Source: Macrostomum lignano (Eukaryota). From it: a stretch of 64,000 nucleotides of DNA. Below are positions 43,554 to 55,250 of this stretch, in pieces. Below the pieces are notes generated by a model. That model did not search any database. It saw only the letters and a list, made by a program, of their open reading frames with translations, and was not told where the DNA came from. The DNA lies in the NCBI GenBank assembly GCA_002269645.1, contig NIVC01000294.1, forward strand, positions 1 through 64,000, in the 5' to 3' direction. Position 1 is the stretch's first letter, and the number at the start of each line of letters is the position of its first letter. The translations under genes were made by a program, and so were the position numbers.

Positions 43554-43950
43554 AAAAAGCAGCGGCAGCAGCAGCAGCGGTAGCAGCAGCGAAGAAAGCA
43601 GCGGCAGCAGCAGCGAAGAAAGCAGCGGCAGCAGCAGCCAAGAAAGCAGCAGCAGCAGCGGCAGCAGCAGCAGCAGCGAAGAAAGTAGCTTCGGTAGCGG
43701 CTTCGGCAGCATCAAGTTCAGCAGCGGTGGCAGCAGCAGCGCCAAAGTGACTTCATCTGGCCCTGAAGAGTCGGTTACAACCAGCACAATCGAGGACGAC
43801 GGCAGCGGCAAGATGAAGGTGACTCGAAACGTTTCGACCAGCAAGGGCGGAAAGACTCACAAGAGTTCGTCAACCAAATACATCAAGAGCAGCGACAGTG
43901 CGTTCTCGTCAGAGGACAGCGACGCCCTTGGAATGTCCGGCTTCATGTGA
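19374..43950 (+). CDS. Giant secreted mosaic protein, about 6,593 aa, 36 exons: SP-VWA-VWA-(K/R/C repeats)-VWD-C8-TIL-ShK x2-(~5,000 aa K/R/C repeats with ShK x3 and PAN/apple)-Ser/Gly/Glu tail
   Basis: Manually spliced GT-AG exons with consistent phases: 19374-19461, 19841-20418, 20506-20599, 20692-20763, 20979-21553, 21649-21742, 21830-21874, 21995-22432, 22526-22729, 23369-23837, 24475-24878, 24959-25147, 25240-25365, 25444-25783, 25881-26362, 26445-27002, 27099-27836, 27928-28062, 28152-30131, 30221-30484, 30571-30705, 30799-31500, 31582-32425, 32509-33133, 33226-33808, 33907-34368, 34503-36979, 37076-37354, 37437-38461, 38569-38697, 38807-38935, 39040-39168, 39282-39431, 39516-41510, 41611-41772, 41870-43950. 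Four single-base corrections are needed (~35350, ~38108, ~39826, ~40560). The corrected total of 19,782 nt is a multiple of 3. Confidence 0.85.
19930..20599 (+). other. VWA domain 1 (hemicentin/VWA7 type)
   Basis: SLIFVIDITGSM (MIDAS-like DxTxS), FGDP, GGDCPEYSLSGI, VLFLFTDA. Confidence 0.85.
21058..21742 (+). other. VWA domain 2 (hemicentin/VWA7 type)
   Basis: SLIFVVDITNSM, FGDP, GGGDCPEYSLSAV, VMFLFTDA. Same exon layout as VWA1: large exon plus 94-nt exon. Confidence 0.85.
22885..23203 (-). mobile_element. tRNA-derived SINE, family B, in intron 9 of the giant gene
   Basis: Minus strand ggggaccgtaacccagtggtctagc ...ggctcgattc; (TAAA)n tail; homologous to 10475-10816. Confidence 0.82.
23369..25147 (+). 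other. VWD-C8-TIL module (mucin / vWF / IgGFc-binding protein type)
   Basis: VWD: CFAIGDPHYKTFD...GCKYILAE...VRGLCGNCDGDASNDL. C8: WCGII...GPFSKC...YFRSCVIDL...CEIIQAVNEDC...WRTHTDC. TIL: CPANSHF...PCPATC...EGCECKNGYVLDGQRCVRMGECSC. Confidence 0.9.
24085..24394 (-). mobile_element. tRNA-derived SINE, family A (full length), in intron 10 of the giant gene
   Basis: Minus strand gggggttgtgcctagtggttagagc ...ggttcgattc; conserved body; (ATT)n-like tail. Confidence 0.88.
25240..25560 (+). other. Two ShK (ShKT)-like domains
   Basis: CNDAAPAKQCARWKRQGHCKSLFETSGMLMACRKTCGFC and CEDYIASSVCAKAKARGNCDKSFYKHFCGLTCNWRNC show the C-D..C....G.C.....C..TC..C pattern. Confidence 0.75.
41089..41510 (+). other. 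ShK-like domain followed by a PAN/apple domain
   Basis: CPDLISTRTCVKLMKEGLCEHPQRKGTVGQICARTCGKC, then KTIRKTKVSHCMMACKKDEGCNSFDFNSRTKTCVLNS (PAN C-xxx-C...C-x-S-F-x-F...C-x-L-x-S). Confidence 0.78.
41878..42702 (+). other. Two further ShK-like domains separated by K/R/C repeats
   Basis: CVDQIEANVCRKEKQAGKCLKDRETRILCNKTCSRC and CFNILPRKKCAEVKKKGYCLRHNGPSRLCMKTCGLC. Confidence 0.72.
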
Positions 43951-44759
43951 ACAAGGAACTTGAATGGCTTAACTCAAAGTTAGAGACTGACGATAACTAA
44001 TTGCAAACAAAAAATTCCTGACTAGAGACTTGCTAACGTCACTCTGGGGGCGCAGAGCTAATAGGCGCTTAGTTCAAACAGTTCCAGTCAAGAGAATCCG
44101 CAAATTCATCTGCAAAGATTTCGATTAGATAGATAAAAGCCAGCCAAACGGATTAAGATCAGAGGAGCCGGTAGAATTTTTTCTCCACTATCACGTTACT
44201 TTGACAGCCAAATGTAATACTTTTTCTGCGTAATTAAAGCGCAATTTAAAAAAAACCTGATATTATTCCAATATAAGTTTTCCTGTCTATCGCTTGGGAC
44301 GCTTTACCGTATGATCGCACCCTTTCCTCAAATAAAATGTGCTACGGGAACTTTTCCGTTCTTTTCTGTCTTCTTTCTTTGCGAAAATCAACAGAATAAA
44401 TGAAAGTCGGTATACAGGTACAACTCTACAGGTTTACTTTTAAACTGGTAATAAGGTATACTCCTCCGAAGGAGGAGTTTCACTCGTAAGGTATACTAAA
44501 GCCAACTTTAACTGTAGATTTTGATTACCCACTACGCCTTCGGCGATATCGACCAAAAATCAGCACTGACGGCGACTTTCTAATTTTCAGACCCGAACGA
44601 CTCTATGTGCCTTGAGGAGTTGACCCTCATGGCTGTGAATTGTCTTGACCCATACGCTCGTATTCGTGCACACAAGCCCGAAATGAAGGTGGCTGCGCAC
44701 GGAATCGAATAAGCTGAAAACAACACTTCAAAAACCTCAAAGAGTATGCAGCGAGTTTG

Positions 44760-45053
44760 ATATTAATAATAATAATTGATTACAACTGCCTAAGAGTCAT
44801 CTGTGCAACCGACAGCTCAGCCGCAGCTATTTGCGCGCCGCATCTGAAGCCGATTGCGTACGGCTGTTCAGTCCAAGGACTGGGGGTCACCACACACCCT
44901 CAATTACCCCAGCTAATGCTGGCACCTATTTTACAGCTGGGTGAACTGAAGCAATGCAGAGTTAAGTGCCTTGCTGGTCAAGACTAGGTCAAGAATCGAA
45001 CCCCCGACCTTCAAGTCGCGAGTCCAACGCTCTAACCACTAGGCTGCAACCTC
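44760..45053 (-). mobile_element. tRNA-derived SINE, family A
   Basis: Minus strand gaggttgcagcctagtggttagagcg ...ggttcgattc; conserved body; (ATT)n tail. Confidence 0.88.
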
Positions 45054-45755
45054 TTATTCGATAGGTTTCGAGTTTGAGTTCGCTTCACAAACCACAGACC
45101 TGACGAGCCAGAATACTAATTAGGTCAATAATAAGAAAATGGAGCAACAATGCCACACATTGACTATCAATTACTAAATAATGCAACAGTTTTCCTTTAA
45201 AAAGCACGACCAGACTCCTGCTTGAGTCTGCGGTTGATTTAAATTGTGTATTTAATTTTTATTAAACAAACGATTACATGAGCTTGTATTTTAGCCAAGT
45301 CAGAGTCAGTAGGACAACAGGCGATTAGCAAAAAGTGTTGCCCTAAATTCCTAGTGAATTTGTAACACAACCCCCATTTAGGTTAATATAACTGTGAAAG
45401 AGATGAAACAGAAAATATTACTGAGGGACACGAACTGAGGCAAGCAGAATACAGATTAAATAATTTTAAATAAGAATATTTCAGCAAGTGTTTCATATCA
45501 AACTGAATGATTTTCGTTAAATAAAACAGAATAATTTAATTGATTTTGATTACATAGATTGAGTTCATTTGAGAGCTTAGCTAGATCCGAATAAGTTAAA
45601 TGCCGCGAAATACCACTGATAGATTAATAGGCCTGAAAAAAATAATTAGAGAGAGGAACAATCAGGATCTGCCGACTGCGGCTTAGGATTACTGGACAGT
45701 TAGTTCTAGTTAAATAATTGTCTACAGTGTCAAGAAAATAATTGTTCGAATTAAG

Positions 45756-48700
45756 TTAGTCTGTGGCCTCATTGGCGGTTAATTGGCCAGGTGCGTTCGG
45801 AGCGGCAGCAACATCAGGAACGGCGTCATCCTCGATGGCAGCGGCAGCATCGGAGGCGGCGGCATCAGATGCGGTGTCTTTAGTCGAAACTGCCGCATCC
45901 TCCTCTTCTGACTTTTCAGTCTTAGTAGTCTTCTTTTTGCGATGCTTTTTGTCTTTTGATTTGGACTTTGACCGGTCTTTGTCGCGCTTCGACTTCTTGT
46001 CTTTTTTCTCTTTCTTGGATTTCTTCTTGGCGGATTTCTCAGACTTTGCTTTCTTTTCCTTTTTACGATGCCGTCTATGCTTACGGTCTTTGTTGTCCTC
46101 GTTCTCGTCGGCGTCTTGGTCTTTGTTCTTGCGCAACTTTTTCTTCGGCGGGCCATCAGCTTCCGCGGATTTTTTCTCGTCATCGACTGGCCTGCAGTGT
46201 TGAAATTGAAAATAAAAACAAATTCTAGATGTTCCAACAAACACTAGTTAAACCCAACTCATTATCCATATCTGCTTCTGAGCGAATGTGTTTATGGTAT
46301 GACTTGTTAGCTGCATATACCCCCTCCCTGATATCTGAGACTACTGCTTTAAAATCATCTACGGCTCGTACAATTAAGTAGCCGTGTAGGGGACGTCAAG
46401 GAGGTCAGGTGCCTCCTCTTGCCTAGCGAAAATTTGGGTCATGTTTTATGAACAAAATCCCTACTGTGACATCCTACTGACGCTAAATAATAATAGTTGA
46501 CTATACCTGCGGCAATTAGGCCAGATGTGCAACCGACAGCTCAGTCGCAGCTATTGCGCGGCGCATCTGAAGGCTGCGTACGGCTGTTCAGTCCAATGAC
46601 TGGGGGAGGGGAGGTTCACCACACACACCCTCAATTACCCCAGCTAATGCTGGCATCCATTTTACAGCTGGGTGAACTGAAACAATGCAGAGTTAAGTGT
46701 CTTGCTCCGGGACAAAAATTGTTCCATTGGGATCGGGAATCGAACCCCCGACCTTCAAGTCGTGAGTCCGATGCTCTAACTGATAAGCTACAACTCCTTA
46801 AATATCTAAACCCCTGACGCTAAAATACATACATCCTGTGACGTCAAACTGACACTACAGTCCCTCATGTGACGTCAAACTGACGTTAAAATCTCTCCTG
46901 TAACGTCAAACTGACGCTAAAATATTTGTCTTATCTGAAAAAATCCTAATTAGAGGAACGAAAGCACTTACCCAACGTCGCTAGCCTTTGTCATCTGATC
47001 GTCCTGACTGCCACCAAAGCTGTCCTGAGACACGCCGCTCACTGACAGCACGTCAGCATCGTGAATTTCCTGATCAGTTGACGCGGCACCGGCGGCCTCC
47101 GTCGCCCCAACGGCAGTTTCCGTAGCCTCTTGAGCTTTGGCGGTCACCGCAGCGGCGACAAGATCTCGCCGTCGAGTCAGTCGCGCTCGAAGATCTTCGT
47201 CGCGATTGTCGCGATCAGCGTCGACTTCATCGGCCGCGACGCTTTTTGGCTCGGCGACGGAAGCAGCAGCAGGATCAGCAGCTTTCTCGGAAGATTCAGT
47301 TGAAGAAGATTCTTTCTCGACTGACTTTCTGCTGTCAGCAGCGCTCTGTTGGTCAGGTTTCGAGGTTTTGTCCGCGACAGTTGAGCGGCCTTTCCCACTG
47401 CGCCGCTTCTTTCTGTCGCTGCTGGCGCTGGAACTGTTATCGGCGGCCGAGTCAGAAGAGGAAGACCCAGAAGAAGATGAAGGCGATGTAGAACGATTCC
47501 TCGAGCGTTTCTTTTGCAACGAGGAAGAGGTTTGCTTCTGGTCTCTATGCTTTCGCTGCTGCTCCTGCTCCGTGTGTTTCTTCTGCTTTTGCAGCTCCGG
47601 CGAGGCTCTCCGACGCTGCTTATCGCGAGCGGCTGACGAGGACGAATCGGACCGATCCCGGTGACGGCGACTGGTGGCAACGCCGCCGCTGCTACTGCCA
47701 CTGGCTTTGCCGCCACTTTGCTGCATCTGCTCAGCGAAAGCCCTGCGGATTGTGCGCACAGATTTACTTCGAATTATGTAGGAAGTATGAGTGTCAGGAA
47801 AGGTCTGATATGAGTGTCAGGAAAGGTCTGATATGAGTGTCAGGAAAGGTCTGATATGAGTGTCAGGAAGGGTCTGATATTAGTGTCAGGAAAGGTCTGA
47901 TATAAGTGTCAGGAAAGGTCTGATATGAGTGTCAGGAAGGGTCTGATATGAGTGTCAGGAAGGGTCTGATATGAGTGTCAGGAAGGGTCTGATATGAGTG
48001 TCAGGAAAGGTCTGATATGAGTGTCAGGAAGGGTCTGATATCAGTGTCAGGAAGGGTCTGACATGAGTGTCAGGAAAGGTCTGATATGAGTGTCAGGAAA
48101 GGTCTGATATGAGTGTCAGGAAGGGTCTGATATGAGTGTCAGGAAAGGTCTGATATGAGTGTCAGGAAAGGTCTGATATAAGTGTCAGGAAGGGTCTGAC
48201 ATGAGTGTCAGGAAGGGTCTGCTTAACCCCCGAGGTCAGGTGAGGTCACTTACTTCATAAACATGTCAAAGGCCTCCTTAGTGAAAGCTGACGGGTCCAC
48301 GCCGCTACCGCCAGTGCCACCGCGTCGCTTTGCAGCGGCAGCGGCCGCGGCGGCGGCAGCGGCGACAGCGGCGGAGGATCGATCAGAATCCTCGGCCCCA
48401 TCGCGGCCACCACCTCGGCGCTGCTGCTGCTGCCGACGCTGCTCCCGCGGCGACCGACTGCGGCTACGGCTTCTTCGATTCCGATGTCGCCGCGAGGACG
48501 ACGGCGAAACCGGGACGCGTCGGTCGTGGCGTCGACGACTAGACGAAGATGCGGCGGCTGGAGGACTTCGGCTCCGACTGCGACTGCGCGTACGCCGACG
48601 CCGCCTACGACGCTGGGAATTATTTGTCGGCGACTTCGACTTCGACAGTTTTTTAGTCGACTTCAATGGCGGCTGCGTCGGCGGCACCGGCTGCTGCAGC

Positions 48701-51700
48701 TGATGCGCGTGAGGGGCAACGACCGCCATTGGCGGAGGCTGCGGCTGCATCGAAGGAAGCTGCTGATGCTGAGACACAGTCGAGGCAAAGTTCGGCATCA
48801 GCGGCGCCTGCGGTTGAGGATGCGGCATCATGGACGGGGCTGCTGGATTGACGTAGCTTGCGAAAATGTGCTGGGCGGCATTTGCTGCTGCTGCTGCTGC
48901 TGTTGCTGCATCGGTATGCCGTAAGGATTGGCGTGATGATGAAGCTGCTGAGGAAGCTGAGGATGCATCATGGGCTGATGATGGTGCTGATGCTGCTGCC
49001 GCTGCTCGAACATGTAAGGATGTTGCAGATGCTGCTGGTGAACTGTGGGCATAGCGGCGGGCAAACCGGAACCGGATATGAACGCGGCTGGAATGGAAGC
49101 TGGAGCCATGTGCCTGGCTTGCTGGCGGGGCTGGTGCTGGTGATGCTGTTGATGCTGCTGCTGGTGATGCTGCTGCTGGTGATGCTGGTTAGGCTGCGAC
49201 TGCGCAGCGACATCTTCGGTCGGTCTCAATGGAGCGGCTGGTAGAGGCGGGGTGTCTGCAAGAAATAAACGATAGCATTTTGTCAAATAGATTTTCACTG
49301 GAATATGCGGCAATATAAACCGAAGAAAGACGACGCCTAAATAGACGGATGGCGCCAAAATTAAGATACTCCTAGATGGACTCAAAATAAAGATAGCAGG
49401 TGCCAAAATGCGGATTTATAGCGCCAAAATGAAGGCAGATGGCGCCAGAATGAGCAGATGGCGCCAGAATGAAGATAGATGGCGCCAAAATGAAGACAGA
49501 TGGCGTCAAAATGAAAATAGAAGGCGCCAAAATGCAGATAGAAGGCGTCAAAATGAAAATAGAAGGCGCCAAAATGAAGATGGATGGCACCAAAATGAAG
49601 ACAGATGGCGTCAAAATGAAAATAGAAGGCGCCAAAATGCAGATAGAAGGCGTCAAAATGAAAATAGAAGGCGCCAAAATGAAGATGGATAGCACCAAAA
49701 TGAAGATAGATGGCGCCAAAATGCAGATAGAAGGCGTCAAAATGAAAACAGAAGGCGCCAAAATGAAGATGGATGGCGCCAATATGAAAATAGAAGGCGC
49801 CAAAATGAAGAAGGATGGCGCTAATATGAAAATAGAAGGCGCCAAAATGAAGAAGGATGGCGCTAATATGAAAATAGAAGGCGCCAAAATGAAGATGGAT
49901 GGCGCCAAAATGAAGATGGATGGCGCCAAAATAAAGATAGAAGGCGTCAAAATGAAGATGGATGGTGCCAAAATAAAGATAGAAGGCGCCAAAATGAAGA
50001 TGGATGGCGCCAATATGAAAATATCAATAGAAGGCGCCAAAATGAAGATGGATGGCGCCAAAATACGATAACTGTAGAAATGGCGCCAAAAAGGAGATAG
50101 AAATGACGTAAAGACGGTTCAGACGTCTAGTAAAATTAAAGCCGCTATTTAAACGGCATTAAGGACCAGCGTCATTACCATCGCGAGTTTTAGCCTCCGC
50201 AGCCCCGGCCGGTTTCCCTTCGACCTTCGGCTCAGATTGCTCAGACGCTGGGGTCGGCGCTCTCTCCAGAGGTTCAGCGTCCTCTTTGCCTGCCACTGCC
50301 AGAGGACTTTGACCGGCGCCAGCAGATGGAGACACGGATCGGGCTGGAGAGGCAGCTGGCGAAGGCTTGCCAGAGGTGGCGGACAGCAGCGAATCCACAC
50401 GAGGATGGCGCAGTCGAAAGGCGGCGATGGCCTCCCGAATGTTCTTATTCGGCACCAGCGAGTCCTGGTCGTTGCCCTCGGATCTGCAGGACGGGCACAG
50501 ACCTCCCCCGCTGCTGGCCAAGGCTTTCAATATGCAGGCCTTGCAGAAGGACATGCCGCAGCAGACTATGAGCTGCGGGTCAGTCATGATTCGATGGCAC
50601 ATCGGGCAGAGCATCTCGCCGGGCACTTGGATGTTGGACGGAGCCGCTTGCTCGGCGACGTCCCCGGAGCTGCTAGCCGGCATCTCGGTGTCGCCACCGC
50701 CATCGTCTTTGACATCTGCCGAGTCCCCTGGCGAGCTCTACAAAAAATGCAAACTAATTGCCATAAAATATGTTGTTAGACTATTATTAATAATAATTAA
50801 CGTTCACTCACCGACTCTGTCTTAGTTTTCTCATCATCGATGGCTGCTTTTGGCTACAAAAAAAGAAAAATAAACAGTTTCTTCTTGTTTGATTCACTAA
50901 AAACAGTTTCATTTTAATTCCTAAAAGTCAAAATATGAAATAATACAAGTTGATATCAAAATCTCACCCTAATCTACAGACTGAGATCAAAATCTCACCC
51001 TAATCTACAGACTGCGACAAAAATCTCACAGTAATTTACAAACTGAGATCAAAATCTCACCCTAATCTATAGACTGAGATCAAAATCTCACCCTAATCTA
51101 CAGACTGAGATCAAAATCTCACCCTAATCTACAGACTGAGATCAAAATCTCACCCTAATCTATAGACTGAGATCAAAATCTCACAGTAATCTACAGACTG
51201 AGATCAAAATCTCATACTAACCTACAGACTGAGATCAAAATCTCACCCTAATCTATAGACTGAGATCAAAATCTCATACTAACCTACAGACTGAGATCAA
51301 AATCTCACCCTAATCTACAGACTGAGATCAAAATCTCATACTAACCTACAGACTGAGATCAAAATCTCACCCTAATCTACAGACTGAGATCCAAATCTTA
51401 TCCCTATTTACAGACCGAATGTAGAACCTCCCCAGACGATTTCGCTAGTACCAACTTACCGCTGAGGATGGCTGCTCCGCAGATTCTGCATTCGTTTTGT
51501 CAGTCTTTTTTCCAATGACGTCATCTTCGCGGCTGGGGTCCGAATCTTTGTTCGCTTCGCCGGCGACCGTTAACGAAGGCGGCGGAGTGGGCGTGCGCTG
51601 CTTCTGTTGCTGCTGCTGTTGTTGGGGCGGCGCCCTGACAACTAAAACGTGAGTGCCCTTCTCCACGGATTCTTCCTCCTCCGTGAATACTGCGCGATGA

Positions 51701-52995
51701 GGGGGCAGGTGTGGGAACAGACTGTGTAATTAGCACATTATAATAGCACATTATGTAATTAGCTATCTGGGGGTGCTTGCTATTGTATTTGGGGGATGCT
51801 TGCTATCGGGGGGTGCTTGCTATTTGGGGGGGGGTGCTTGCTATTTGGGGGTGCTTGCTATTTGGGGGGTGCTTGCTATTTGGGGGGTGCTTGCTATTTG
51901 GGGGGTGCTTGCTATTTGGGGGTGCTTGCTATTTGGGGGTGCTTGCTATTTGGGGGTGCTTGCTATTTGGGGGGCGCTTGCTATTTGGGGGGTGCTTGCT
52001 ATTTGGGGGTGCTTGCTATTTGGGGGTGCTTGCTATTTGGGGGGCGTTGCTATTTGGGGGGTGCTTGCTATTTGGGGGGTGCTTGCTATTTGGGGGGTGC
52101 TTGCTATTTGGGGGGGGGGGGTGCTTGCTATTTGGGGGTGCTTGCTATTTGGGGGTGCTTGCTATTTGGAGGGGGTGCTTGCTATTTGGGGGGTGCTTGC
52201 TATTTGGGGGGTGCTTGCTATTTGGGGGGCGGGGGTGCTTGCTATTTGGGGGGTGCTTGCTATTTGGGGGGGGGTGCTTTCTATTTGGGGGGCGCTTGCT
52301 ATTTGGGGGTGCTTGCTATTTGGGGGTGCTTGCTATTTGGGGGTGCTTGCTATTTGGGGGGGTGCTTGCTATTTGGGGGGTGCTTGCTATCCGGGGGATG
52401 TTGTCTATTTAGGGGAATGCCTGTTATCTTTGTGAAGGCTTTATTGCGTTGTCTGATTGTTACTTTTAGACAAAAGAGATTCATAGCAAACATCTTTGGC
52501 TGTGACAATTTTACTCGAATATGGTAATTTATAAAACTGAAGAAGGAATTATTTCTAAGTAAATGTACTTTTTACTGAATTTGCATTATTTATTTTTGCT
52601 CTGCTTATTGGGTGCCCCGAAGGGGACACTAGATTGCTAGTCTATTCTAATTGTTAATAAATAATCTTAGCTAGATTAGCAATCCAATATAATTGTTATT
52701 ACATAATCTTGGCTAGATTAGAAATCCATTATAACTATTAATACACGTTGGCTTGATTAACAACGCATTCCTAATTTAATGAATCCAATTCTATCAAAAT
52801 TCTACTTTAGAATCCTGCAAATGCTCAACCTTTTCCATTCTCAGTGGACAGTTTCAAGTCGTACTCCACGCTTCTCAGGCCGCATTTAGCTCGAATAGCA
52901 TTCTTCAGCTCCAGCACGCCCATCGAGTCGCCATCGAATGCGATGACGTCATAGCTAGGGTTTGACTTGAATCGGTAATGAATTGTAGAAGACAT
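45756..52995 (-). CDS. RBBP6: RBBP6/Mpe1-like E3 ligase (DWNN + RING + Pro/Gln-, RS- and Lys-rich regions); exons 52995-52830, 51689-51460, 50853-50812, 50737-50179, 49255-48254 (1-nt loss ~48864), 47766-46972, 46191-45756
   Basis: DWNN: MSSTIHYRFKSNPSYDVIAFDGDSMGVLELKNAI...YDLKLS...|VFTEEEESVEKGTHVLVVRAP. RING: VPGEMLCPMCHRIMTDPQLIVCCGMSFCKACI...CPSC...LVPNKNIREAI. RS-rich stretch present. Splice phases are consistent. Confidence 0.85.
46485..46797 (-). mobile_element. tRNA-derived SINE, family A, in the last RBBP6 intron
   Basis: Same body and box B (ggttcgattcc). It sits among degenerate tgacgtcaaactgacgct repeats (46450-46490 and 46815-46925). Confidence 0.85.
47785..48222 (+). repeat. 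23-bp minisatellite (gagtgtcaggaaaggtctgatat) in an RBBP6 intron
   Basis: About 19 copies. Confidence 0.95.
49345..50095 (+). repeat. 21-bp minisatellite (ggcgccaaaatgaagatagaa/ggat) in an RBBP6 intron
   Basis: About 33 copies. The GGCGCCAAAATG core is shared with the 8955-9635 array. Confidence 0.95.
50950..51415 (+). repeat. 31-bp minisatellite (aaaatctcaccctaatctacagactgagatc) in an RBBP6 intron
   Basis: About 14 copies. Confidence 0.93.
51765..52400 (+). repeat. ~18-19 bp minisatellite (gggggtgcttgctattt) in an RBBP6 intron
   Basis: About 32 copies with variable G-run length. Confidence 0.95.
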
Positions 52996-53959
52996 CAATT
53001 CGATTCAAGCCAAGCTGCAAATAAAAAATAATTTATTATTAAGAAAATATTGGTATCTATTTCAACTCTCCAATCTGGCTACTTGTGAAGTTTGTTAAAT
53101 AGTAGCATCTATACTATACTATCTTAGGTAGTTTTTACAAAATCTGAAACAAAAACCAAACCAAAATTTAGCAAACGTTTCGATTTTGAATCTTCGACTC
53201 TGAAATGCGAGAAGGAGGTGGATTTGTTAAAAAAGAATGTCAGTTTGTCGATTTTAATTTTTTTATAGTCGTAACACAAAAGTACGTCTCTTAAGCATAA
53301 TTATATATTAATAATTATATAATTCCAGGTAAAATATCGAACAATAACCTAATCAAAAATACAAATTTATTTCCAACACTGTTATGCTTACCTGAAAATA
53401 ACGTGACCGAACAGACCGACCAGTTCATCAGCGGATGCACTAAAGTAAAACAATTAACAAAATAAAATTAACAACGATTTCAACAATTCCTGCTCAACCG
53501 CAGGTAATCAATAAAATCTAATGTTCATTTTCTATATTTTAAACTTATTGAGCAAAGGAATAATAGCTTATATAACCATAGGATCTAAAAACTTTATTAA
53601 TTGAATTAATTAGCAGTCATGTCTCTTCGCTATGAGCAGTCGTGTTGTCAGAGGCGACCCCAGACTTTTAGTCCTCTCGCGGCGATCCTGAAGCAGACAG
53701 AAACAAGGTGGAGGGGGGGGGAAGATGAAGAAAATTCAAAACACTTCTAAAAATATATTTCAATGTATTAAACATAAAAAATCCATAAAGTTGATCTTTG
53801 TGGGTAAATCTTTGCGCCGTAATCATTACGTAATCATTAGGTAATTATTTTTAATTACTGAATTAGGTAATTATATTTGAATAATGAAACGCAGATCGCA
53901 GTGTCCCAATTCCTCAGGTCACAATGTTGCGTCATTAGGGACCACTCGATGATGTCACT

Positions 53960-55250
53960 AAGCCACTGAAGGACCTGTCACGGATGTCACAAAGCTACTG
54001 AAGCACCAGTTGCAGACGTCCCCAAGCTACTGAAGGACCAGTTGCGGATGTCACCAAGCTACTGAAGGACCAGTTGCAAATGTCCCCCAAGCTACTGAAG
54101 GACCAGTTGCGGATGTCACCAAACTTCTGAAGGACCACTTGAGAATGTCAGCGTCGATAATGTCTCCAAACTGCTGAAGGACGAGTTGCAAATGTCACCA
54201 AGCTACAGAAGGACCAGTTGCAGATGTCACCAAGCTACTGAAGGACCAGCTGCGGATGTCACCAAGCTACTGAAGGACCAGTTGCAGATGTCACCAAGCT
54301 ACTGAAGGACCAGTTGCAAATTTAATCAAGCTACTGAAGGACCAGTTGCAGATGGCACCAAGCTACTGAAGGACCAGTTGCAAATGTAATCAAGCTACTG
54401 AAGGACCAGTTGCAGATGTCACCAAGCTACTGAAGGACCAGTTGCAGATGTCACCAAGCTACTGAAGGACCAGTTGCGGATGTCACCAAGCTACTGAAGG
54501 ACCAGTTGCAAATGTAATCAAGCTACTGAAGGACCAGTTGCAGATGTCACCAAGCTACTGAAGGACCAGTTGCAGATGTCACCAAGCTACTGAAGGACCA
54601 GTTGCGGATGTCACCAAGCTACTGAAGGACCAGTTGCAAATGTAATCAAGCTACTGAAGGACAAGTTGCAGATGGCACCAAGCTACTGAAGGACCAGTTG
54701 CGGATGTCACCAAGCTACTGAAGGACCAGTTGCAAATGTCCCCCAAGCTACTGAAGGACCAGTTGCGGATGTCACCAAACTTCTGAAGGACCACTTGAGA
54801 ATGTCAGCGTCGATAATGTCTCCAAACTGCTGAAGGACGAGTTGCAAATGTCACCAAGCTACAGAAGGACCAGTTGCAGATGTCACCAAGCTACTGAAGG
54901 ACCAGCTGCGGATGTCACCAAGCTACTGAAGGACCAGTTGCAGATGTCACCAAGCTACTGAAGGACCAGTTGCAAATTTAATCAAGCTACTGAAGGACCA
55001 GTTGCAGATGGCACCAAGCTACTGAAGGACCAGTTGCAAATGTAATCAAGCTACTGAAGGACCAGTTGCAGATGTCACCAAGCTACTGAAGGACCAGTTG
55101 CAGATGTCACCAAGCTACTGAAGGACCAGTTGCGGATGTCACCAAGCTACTGAAGGACCAGTTGCAAATGTAATCAAGCTACTGAAGGACCAGTTGCAGA
55201 TGTCACCAAGCTACTGAAGGACCAGTTGCGGATGTCACCAAGCTTCTGAA
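53960..55250 (+). repeat. 32-bp minisatellite (caagctactgaaggaccagttgcagatgtcac) with a ~656-bp higher-order duplication
   Basis: Period 32 (54231 to 54263). The unique variant cacttgagaatgtcagcgtcgataatg occurs at 54136 and 54792. Confidence 0.95.

Noticed and set aside
42885-43844. 319-aa Leu-rich antisense ORF
   Set aside because: Antisense shadow of the (AGC)n Ser-rich tail, giving CTG/GCT codons.
49372-50071. APSIFIL / GAKMKI repeat ORFs
   Set aside because: 21-bp intronic satellite inside RBBP6, spliced out by phase-consistent sites at 50179 and 49255.
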